A stretch of DNA of 43,683 nucleotides from Actinomycetota bacterium. GTDB lineage: Bacteria; Actinomycetota; Thermoleophilia; Gaiellales; Gaiellaceae. Location: assembly GCA_005883335.1 (NCBI GenBank), contig VAXM01000065.1:1-43683 (forward strand), written 5' to 3'. Below are positions 37,466 through 43,683 of the stretch, in pieces (the first letter of the stretch is position 1; every line of letters starts with the position of its first letter). Position numbers and translations under genes: made by a program. Under the pieces are notes generated by a model, which was not told where the DNA came from, made no database searches, and was given only the letters and a program-made list of their open reading frames with translations.

Positions 37466-37489
37466 TGAGGTCGGCACCGCAAGCGGCGC

Positions 37490-38044
37490 CTAAGCGGCGA
37501 GCGCGCGGAGGTCTTCGACGGCGCGGCCGAGGAGGTTCTCGCGCAGGTCGAACAGGCCCGCCCAGAGGGACGAGCGGTCCGGTGTCGAGCGAATGCGGGC
37601 CGCGTCGCCGAGGCCGGCGAGGGCGCGCAGGAAGACGGCCAGCTCGAGGTAGACCTGCGTGACGCGGAGCGCCGAGGCGTGCACTCCCGCCCGCTCCAGG
37701 ACCGGCGACCACTCCAGCAGCTCCGCCGCGCCTGGCGCTCCGTACCAGGATCGGCCCTCCGCGCGCTCGGGCTCGAGCTCGAGCAGGTACCGGCCGAGCG
37801 GGTCCTCGAGTCCCGCCAGCGCGGTTTCGGCCCGGTCGGCTGCCCGCCGCAACGCCGCCTGTCGCCCGCCGGGAGTCGAGGGCGCCGCGTCGCCGCGGGC
37901 CCAGCGCTCCAGGAGCCGGCAGAACGCGAGCGACGCGACCTCGCAGGCGTTGAGCTGCCGGATCAGGCGCTCGGCGGTGGCCACTTCGGCCGCGTTGTCG
38001 ACGAGGACGTCGGCCCAGGTCTTCTCGGTGCGGAGCCTGCTCAT
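37490..38044 (-). CDS. hypothetical all-helical protein
   Basis: 184 aa with high GC3 and no motif I recognise. Confidence 0.5.
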   Translation of the reverse strand: MSRLRTEKTWADVLVDNAAEVATAERLIRQLNACEVASLAFCRLLERWARGDAAPSTPGGRQAALRRAADRAETALAGLEDPLGRYLLELEPERAEGRSWYGAPGAAELLEWSPVLERAGVHASALRVTQVYLELAVFLRALAGLGDAARIRSTPDRSSLWAGLFDLRENLLGRAVEDLRALAA

Positions 38045-38085
38045 AGGGCGATCTTCGTCCTATGAGCGGGGGAGGGGGCGTGCTT

Positions 38086-38158
38086 GCGGGGGGAACCGGG
38101 AGGTTTCCCCCGCGATCCTGGAAGGGGGCACGTGGGGGAAACGCTCGTTTCCCCCGCG
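38086..38158. repeat. two related GC hairpins sharing the 12-mer GTTTCCCCCGCG, embedded in a G-run-rich tract
   Basis: Unit 1 (38086-38114): GCGGGGGGAA-CCGGGAGG-TTTCCCCCGC. Unit 2 (38131-38158): CGTGGGGGAAAC-GCTC-GTTTCCCCCGCG. They lie in the 139-nt gap after the rnj stop (38184). Confidence 0.6.
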
Positions 38159-38183
38159 GGAGCGAGCCGAAGGCGAGTGACGC

Positions 38184-39839
38184 TCATACCTCTACTACTA
38201 CGGGAAGAATCATGGGCCGTCTACCCGTGCGGTCGTAGATCAGCTGCCCGAGCCCGTCGTGCAGGTGCTCCTGGAGCAGCTTGATCTCGCTCACGTTGTC
38301 CTCGAGGAGCTCCGCGAGCACGCGCTGCGCCTCCTCGCGCATCTCGTCGAGGAGCTCCGCGTCGGGCTCCGCGAGCCCGCGCGCGATCAGCTCCGGCTGG
38401 CCCGCGACGCCGTTCGAGCCGGTCAGCGTGGCGACGACGATCAGGACGCCGTCCTCCGAGAGGTGGCGCCGGTCGCGCAGCGCGACGTCCTGCACGTCCC
38501 CCACGCCGAGCCCGTCAACGAACGTGACGCCGGCCTCGATCCGATCGACGAGCCGCGGCACCCCGTCCTCGAGCTCGACTACGGAGCCATTCTCGGCCAG
38601 GACGATGCGGTCTTCTGCAACCCCACTCTCGCGCGCGAGCCGGGCGTGCGCGGCCATCATCCGGAACTCACCGTGCACGGGCATCACCGCGCGCGGCCGA
38701 ACAAGCCCGAGCATCGTTCGCAGCTCCTCGGAGTTGCCATGGCCCGACACATGAATCGGGGCGATCTCCTGGTGCAGGACCTCGGCGCCCCGCCGCGCAA
38801 GCTGGTTGATCGCGTCGTGGACGCTCAGCTCGTTCCCCGGCACCGGCTTGGCCGAGATGATCACCGTGTCCCCCGCCTCGACCTCGACGGCCGGGTGGTC
38901 GCCGTACGCGATGCGCACGAGCGCCGAGAGCGGCTCGCCCTGGCTGCCTGTGCAGAGGATCAGGACCTCGCCCGGTGCGTACTCCCCCAGCTCGTTGGGA
39001 CGGATCAAGGCGTCGTCGGGCACCTCCATGTAGCCAAGGTTTCGCGCGATATTCACGTTCTTGCGCATCGAGCGACCGACGACGCACACCTTGCGGCCCA
39101 CGTCGACTGCGACGTCGATCGCCTGCTGCATGCGGTGGACATTCGACGCGAAGGAGGCGACGAGGACCCGCCCTTCGAGGCGCGGGATGATCTGTCTGAA
39201 CGCCTCGCCGACGAGCCGCTCCGAGCCGGTCACGCCCGGCCGCTCGGCATTCGTCGAGTCGCCGAGCAGCAGGTCGACGCCGTCGTTGCCGATCGCGGCG
39301 AGCCGGCCGACGTCGGTGCGCAGGCCGTCGACGGGCGTGTGGTCCATCTTGTAGTCGCCGGTGTGGAGGATCCGCCCGCCGGGGGAGTCGATCAAAACGG
39401 CAACCGAGTCCGGGATCGAGTGCGCGACGCGGACGAACTCGACCGTGAACGGGCCCAGCTGAACCGGACCGCCGTCCGGATCGGCCTCCATCAGCTCGGC
39501 CGCCCGCATCAGCCCGTGCTCGTCGAGCTTCGACTTGATCAGGCCCAGGGTCAGCCGTGTGGCCCAGACCTCCTGGACGCGCGCCTGGCGCAGCACGTAC
39601 GGAAGCGCGCCGACGTGGTCCTCGTGGCCGTGCGTCAGGATCACCGCGCGCACGGGCCGCTCGCGGTCGGTGAGGTAGCTGAAATCCGGGAGGATCAGGT
39701 CGACGCCGAGGTGCTCGTCCCGCGGGAACGCAAGGCCCGCATCGACGACGATCGCCTCGCCGTCAGCCTCGTAGACAGTCATGTTCTTGCCGACCTCGCC
39801 GAGGCCGCCGAGGGGGATGATCCGAGTGGTTCCGGGCAT
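38184..39839 (-). CDS. rnj: ribonuclease J
   Basis: 551 aa. Metallo-beta-lactamase 'LTHGHEDHVGALPY', beta-CASP region and 'HVSGHG'. Confidence 0.95.
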   Translation of the reverse strand: MPGTTRIIPLGGLGEVGKNMTVYEADGEAIVVDAGLAFPRDEHLGVDLILPDFSYLTDRERPVRAVILTHGHEDHVGALPYVLRQARVQEVWATRLTLGLIKSKLDEHGLMRAAELMEADPDGGPVQLGPFTVEFVRVAHSIPDSVAVLIDSPGGRILHTGDYKMDHTPVDGLRTDVGRLAAIGNDGVDLLLGDSTNAERPGVTGSERLVGEAFRQIIPRLEGRVLVASFASNVHRMQQAIDVAVDVGRKVCVVGRSMRKNVNIARNLGYMEVPDDALIRPNELGEYAPGEVLILCTGSQGEPLSALVRIAYGDHPAVEVEAGDTVIISAKPVPGNELSVHDAINQLARRGAEVLHQEIAPIHVSGHGNSEELRTMLGLVRPRAVMPVHGEFRMMAAHARLARESGVAEDRIVLAENGSVVELEDGVPRLVDRIEAGVTFVDGLGVGDVQDVALRDRRHLSEDGVLIVVATLTGSNGVAGQPELIARGLAEPDAELLDEMREEAQRVLAELLEDNVSEIKLLQEHLHDGLGQLIYDRTGRRPMILPVVVEV

Positions 39840-39901
39840 TGTCGGAGTCTAGCTCCGGGTCTCGGCTAAGCCTGGAGGGCGGCGCGTCCGATAGATGCAA
39901 C

Positions 39902-41755
39902 GTGCGGTTCCCCCTGCTGGCATACCCCGCGATCGGCGGCGGCATGGCCGTGACCGTCGCCGGGGCGATTGCCGCAACGCAACGCCCGTTGACGGCGCTT
40001 GCGCTGCTGGGGGCAGCTGCGCTTGCGGCGGAGCTCCTGGAGGAGCCGGAGAATGCGCGCCTCCGGGAGCCCGTCGGACCAGGTGTCTTCCGCGTCGCCT
40101 CCGGGGTCGACCTCGCCGCCGTGATCGTGCTCGGCCCGTGGCGGGGGGCGCTCGTCGCGGGGGCGGCGGCGCTGATCGCACGGCTCGTGCGCGGCTCCTG
40201 GCGCCTGGGAGCCTTCGAGGCGTCCGCGTTCACGCTCGCCGCACTCGCGGCCGGCTATGCGTTCGCCGTCGGCGGCGGCCACAGCGGACGCTTGACGCTC
40301 CCGGACGACCTCGTCCCGCTGGCGGCGCTCGCTCTCGTGTACCTCGTCGTCTCCCGCGGTCTCCTCGAGCTGGTCGGCGGCGGCGAGGCGTTGCAGCCGG
40401 ATTTCCGCGCGGCGGCGGCGGAGGCCGGGAACGTCCTCGCCGTGATCCCGATTGCGCTCGCCGTCAACCAGGCGCACGCGCGGGTCCGCCGCTCCCGCCA
40501 CGAGACCCTGCACGCGCTCGAGACCTTCGCGAACATCGTCGACGAGCGCGACCCCTATACGTACCGGCACTCGATCCGCGTGGCCGGCTACGTCGACACG
40601 CTCGCGCGCGCCCTCGGCTTTCCCTATTCCGACATCGACCGGCTTCGCTGGGCGGCGCGCCTGCACGATCTCGGCAAGGTCGCGGTGGATTCCTCGGTGC
40701 TGGCGAAGGTCGGCAAGCTCACTCCCGCCCAGTGGGACACCGTGTGGCGGGCGCCGCGACTGTCCGCGCGTTTGCTCAGGCGCTTCGAGCTCTCGGCCGC
40801 TGAGGCGCGTACCGTTGAGTTTCACCGAGAGCGGTTCGACGGCCGCGGCTACTACGGGATCGCGCCGGACGACCAACCCCTGGCCGCGCACTTCCTGATC
40901 GTGGCCGACAGCTTCGACGCGATGACCAGTGACCGCCCGTACCGGCCCGGGTTGAGCAAGGAGGAGGCGCTGACCGAGCTCGAGCGCAACATCGGCACGC
41001 AGTTCCACCCGGCAGTTGCCAAGGCCTTCATCGCCGTGCAGCGCGGGCAGAAGCCATACGACGTGCTGACTCCGGAAGAAGAGCGCGAGCTTCGTGGCGC
41101 CGCCGCGCCCCGTCGCGTTTCCGCGCCGGCGGGCGCGCGGGACCTGAAGGAGCGGCCGGATCTCGTGGCCCTGGGCGGGCTGATCTGCGTTCTCGGAGGG
41201 GTCGGGCTGGGCCAGCCTCTCGTTGCGGTCGCCGGCGGCGTCGTCACCTGCGTCGGGCTCGTCATCCACGGCTGGGTGCGTTTACGCTCGAACCGGCTGC
41301 GGCGCGCGGTTGCCGCCTCCGTTGCGGCGGACGACCGTAAGCTCGTTTTCGCGAGCCTCAGCCGCGTGCTCGAGAACGCGACCGGGGCCGACTGGACCGC
41401 GCTCGTGAGCTGGCAGGAGGACGGCCTCAGCGGAGAGATCGAGCTCGCCCGCGGCGAGGGCCCGCACGAGCATTCGCTGACGAGCTGGCTGGTGCGCGAG
41501 GCCGAGTCACGCGACGAGATCCTCATCGCGTTTGCGGATGATCTGCCCGGCGGCCCCTACGCGGCGCTGCCGATCCGGCGCGAGAACAGCGCACTGGCCG
41601 GCTTCTTCGTCCTGCGCGCGCCGCGGTTGCTCCCGCGCCACGCACGGGCGGCGCTCGTCGCCTCGCTGGACGCGATCGGGCTTGCGCTCGCGGAAAGGCC
41701 GAACACGGCGCTCGACGGCGCAGAGGCCACCAGCCCGGAGCTGGCTGCGCTCTAA
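39902..41755 (+). CDS. membrane HD-GYP-family protein with degenerate metal/GYP motifs and a C-terminal 2-TM + GAF-like module
   Basis: N-terminal TM block, then 'YRHSIRVAGY', 'RLHDLGK' and 'FHRERFDGRGYYG'. A TM pair at track res 441-480 is followed by a ~125-aa alpha/beta tail. Start is GTG 39902 or ATG 39941; track ORF codon 1 sits on the rnj ATG. Confidence 0.8.
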   Translation: MRFPLLAYPAIGGGMAVTVAGAIAATQRPLTALALLGAAALAAELLEEPENARLREPVGPGVFRVASGVDLAAVIVLGPWRGALVAGAAALIARLVRGSWRLGAFEASAFTLAALAAGYAFAVGGGHSGRLTLPDDLVPLAALALVYLVVSRGLLELVGGGEALQPDFRAAAAEAGNVLAVIPIALAVNQAHARVRRSRHETLHALETFANIVDERDPYTYRHSIRVAGYVDTLARALGFPYSDIDRLRWAARLHDLGKVAVDSSVLAKVGKLTPAQWDTVWRAPRLSARLLRRFELSAAEARTVEFHRERFDGRGYYGIAPDDQPLAAHFLIVADSFDAMTSDRPYRPGLSKEEALTELERNIGTQFHPAVAKAFIAVQRGQKPYDVLTPEEERELRGAAAPRRVSAPAGARDLKERPDLVALGGLICVLGGVGLGQPLVAVAGGVVTCVGLVIHGWVRLRSNRLRRAVAASVAADDRKLVFASLSRVLENATGADWTALVSWQEDGLSGEIELARGEGPHEHSLTSWLVREAESRDEILIAFADDLPGGPYAALPIRRENSALAGFFVLRAPRLLPRHARAALVASLDAIGLALAERPNTALDGAEATSPELAAL

Positions 41756-42633
41756 ACCCTGGCGGGCTCGAGCAGCTTCAGCCGCTCGAGGCAGCTGCGG
41801 ATCCGGGCCTTCTCCTCGTCGCTTGCCTCGACGAGCGGGAGGCGCAGGGCGCCGACCTCGTGGCCGAGCATGTTCAGCGCGGCCTTGATCTGGATCGGGC
41901 CGGTGACAACGCCGATCAGCTCGATCGCCGGCGCGAGCTCCTCGTTGACCTGACGCGCCCCTTCGAGATCGCCTTCCCGGGCGAGGCGGACAAGCTCCTT
42001 CACCTGCGGCCCGACGATGTGCGTGTGCACGCAGACGCCTCCGCAGCCGCCGAGCTCGACGAACGGCAGGACGAGATCGTCGTCGCCGGCGTAGAGGTCG
42101 AGATCGAGCTCGACGATGTGCCGCGCCTGGTCGAGATCCGCGTTCGACTGCTTGACCGCGCTCACGTTCGGGATCTGGGCAAGCTCGGTCATCGTCTCGG
42201 GCTCGATGTTGACGACCACGCGGCCCGGGATGTTGTAGGCGATCACCGGCCGGTCGGTGGCGGCGGCGACGGCCTTGAAGTGCTCGACGATCCCGCGCGG
42301 CGGCGGCTTGTTGTAGTAGGGCGTGACGACGAGGACGCCGTGCGCGCCGGCCTCGTGGGCCTGTTCGGTCAGGTCGATCGAGTGCGCGGTCGAGTTGGTG
42401 CCGGTGCCGGCGATCACCGTCGCGCGGTCGCCGATCGCCTCGAGCGCGGCGCGGATCAACCCGACGCGCTCCTCCTCGGAGAGCGTCGAGGCCTCGCCGG
42501 TCGTTCCGTTGACGACCACGCCGTCGGAGCCGTTGTCGACGAGGAACCCGCAGAGCTCGCGGTACCGGTCGTAGTCGACGTTCCCGTCGGCATCGAAGGG
42601 CGTGACGGTCGCGGTCAGCACCTCGCCGAGCAC
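41752..42633 (-). CDS. dapA: 4-hydroxy-tetrahydrodipicolinate synthase
   Basis: 293 aa. 'TATVTPF', 'VVNGTTGEASTLS', 'PYYNKP' and the Schiff-base Lys block 'VSAVKQS'. GTG start at 42633. Confidence 0.9.
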   Translation of the reverse strand: MLGEVLTATVTPFDADGNVDYDRYRELCGFLVDNGSDGVVVNGTTGEASTLSEEERVGLIRAALEAIGDRATVIAGTGTNSTAHSIDLTEQAHEAGAHGVLVVTPYYNKPPPRGIVEHFKAVAAATDRPVIAYNIPGRVVVNIEPETMTELAQIPNVSAVKQSNADLDQARHIVELDLDLYAGDDDLVLPFVELGGCGGVCVHTHIVGPQVKELVRLAREGDLEGARQVNEELAPAIELIGVVTGPIQIKAALNMLGHEVGALRLPLVEASDEEKARIRSCLERLKLLEPARV

Positions 42634-42704
42634 GAGAGCATTCTACGCCGCGCCCGCCCGATCGCCTGCCGCGACCCTAACCACCCCCAAGGGGTCCCCC
42701 GCGA

Positions 42705-42771
42705 CCCCTGGTAGGGACGCTACCGGTCGAATCGTCACGCGTGTGTGACGCACGTGTGACGAAAGTGCGTC
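42705..42771. promoter_or_regulatory. dapB-dapA intergenic element: CCCCTGG-TAGGGACGCTACCGG-N16-GTGTGACG(x2) plus overlapping hairpins
   Basis: Shares motif and spacing with 8731-8788. GTGTGACG direct repeat at 42743 and 42754 (11-bp phasing). Hairpins CGTCAC/GTGACG (42733-50) and GACGCAC/GTGCGTC (42747-71). Confidence 0.4.
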
Positions 42772-42784
42772 TTCTCGCGGCGCG

Positions 42785-43393
42785 TCAGTGCAGGAGCGCG
42801 TCGAGGCCCAGCGTCAGCCCCGGTGGCAGCGAGGGAAGCTGCTCGAGCGCCAGCAGCACCCCGGGCACGTACGCCTCGCGCGAGTACGCGTCGTGCCGGA
42901 TCGTCAGCAACTGCCCGTCGCCGCCGAAGAGGACCTCCTGGTGGGCAACCAGCCCCGGCAGCCGCACCGAGTGGATTGGCGGCTCGCCCGGGAGCAGCTC
43001 GGCCGTCGCCTTCGCGGTCCCGGACGGCGCGTCCTTCTTCGCCTCGCCGTGGAGCTCGACGATCTCGGCCCGCGGCATGAACTGTGCAGCTTCGGTCGCG
43101 AGGCGCATCATCAACACCGCGCCGATCGCGAAGTTCGGGGCGACGAACAGCGCGAGCCCGCGCTCGGCCGCAAACTCGCCTGCCGAGCCCGGGTCCCACC
43201 CGCTCGTCCCGACCACGCAAGGCACGCTCGCCTCCAGCGCCTAGCGGACGTTTCCCTCGACCACGTCCGGGGCCGTGAAGTCGACAATCGCCTCGGCCCG
43301 GCCAAGCTCGACCAACTCGTGGCCTGCCGCCTCCAACGCCGGAGCGAGCACCGAACCCACCTTGCCCCCGCGCCCGAAGAGGCAGATCTTCAC
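42785..43393 (-). pseudogene. dapB: 4-hydroxy-tetrahydrodipicolinate reductase interrupted by one in-frame TAG (43241-43243)
   Basis: GTG 43393 begins MKICLFGRGGKVGSVLAPALEAAGHELVELGRAEAIVDFTAPDVVEGNVR-TAG-ALEASVPCVVGTSGWD..., all in one frame. 'ELHGEAKKDAPSGTA' catalytic block. The GTG overlaps the upstream TGA (GTGA). Confidence 0.85.
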
Positions 43394-43683
43394 GCGGCCT
43401 TGGCGAGCCCCGGATTGACGTGCTCGACCGCGGCGAGGAAGCGGCCCTCGTCCGGCCCGATCCCGGCCGCCGAGAGCTTCTCCGGCGCCAGCAGCACCCC
43501 GGCCAGCTCGGCCAACGCCTCGGCCTCGACGGCGTCGACCTCGGCCATGATCCGCTCGATCGAGAGCAGCTCCGTGTCGGTGATCAGCGACTTGCCGAGC
43601 CGGCTCATCCGGTTCGCGGTCGACTCCATCGAGAGCATGACCCGGCCTTTCAGGTTCTCCTTCGCCCGTGCAAGCTCTTCGGC
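43390..43683 (-). CDS. M16 (pitrilysin/PepR-like) zinc peptidase, C-terminal end only (continues beyond window)
   Basis: The frame is open to nt 43683: 'AEELARAKENLKGRVMLSMESTANRMSRLGKSLI...'. Position upstream of dapB is typical for actinobacterial pepR. Confidence 0.65.
   Translation of the reverse strand, partial: AEELARAKENLKGRVMLSMESTANRMSRLGKSLITDTELLSIERIMAEVDAVEAEALAELAGVLLAPEKLSAAGIGPDEGRFLAAVEHVNPGLAKAA

Noticed and set aside
38259-41269. Long ORFs 38259..39869 (+, 536 aa) and 39866..41269 (-, 467 aa)
   Set aside because: They are antisense to rnj and to the HD-GYP gene respectively. Both are Arg/Asp/Gly-rich with no recognisable motifs.
43241-43243. TAG in dapB as genetic-code reassignment or pyrrolysine
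   Set aside because: TAG serves as the ordinary stop of several neighbouring well-supported genes (amidotransferase 781-783, nudix, miaB, nuclease, recA, recX, BMP SBP, dapA). No pyl genes or PYLIS-like context are visible in the window, so a global reassignment is unlikely.

Overview
Very GC-rich (roughly 70% by eye, not computed) bacterial chromosomal window that is almost fully coding. It carries an actinobacterial-type housekeeping neighbourhood. On the minus strand, right to left: M16 peptidase, dapB, dapA | rnj | ftsK | BMP/nucleoside-type ABC transporter | rodZ-like-cinA-thpR(ligT)-recA-recX | rny | miaB-PTP-miaA-dapF-dapL-hflX-dut-nudix. Also present are murT-gatD, a secreted S8 protease, a large LTD/EEP/PKD extracellular nuclease and two membrane c-di-GMP proteins (GGDEF/HD-GYP). 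I recognised no rRNA, tRNA, CRISPR, transposase/integrase or defence system, and I do not see a convincing novel multi-gene system. The unusual signals are gene-level or sequence-level: (1) dapB is interrupted by a single in-frame TAG without a frameshift. (2) The DapF homologue has Ser at both catalytic Cys positions. (3) The S8 protease ends in a Trp-containing pentapeptide-repeat tail. (4) One protein is a TM-GGDEF-TM-HD-GYP fusion with a duplicated membrane module, and a second HD-GYP is degenerate with a GAF-like tail. (5) A ~45-nt motif with identical internal spacing is shared by two intergenic regions. There are also G-quadruplex-type tracts, twin hairpins after rnj, and an orphan plus-strand terminator-like hairpin. 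Many long ORFs in the supplied track are antisense or GC-driven artefacts. All domain calls are from motif recognition by eye; no database search was run.
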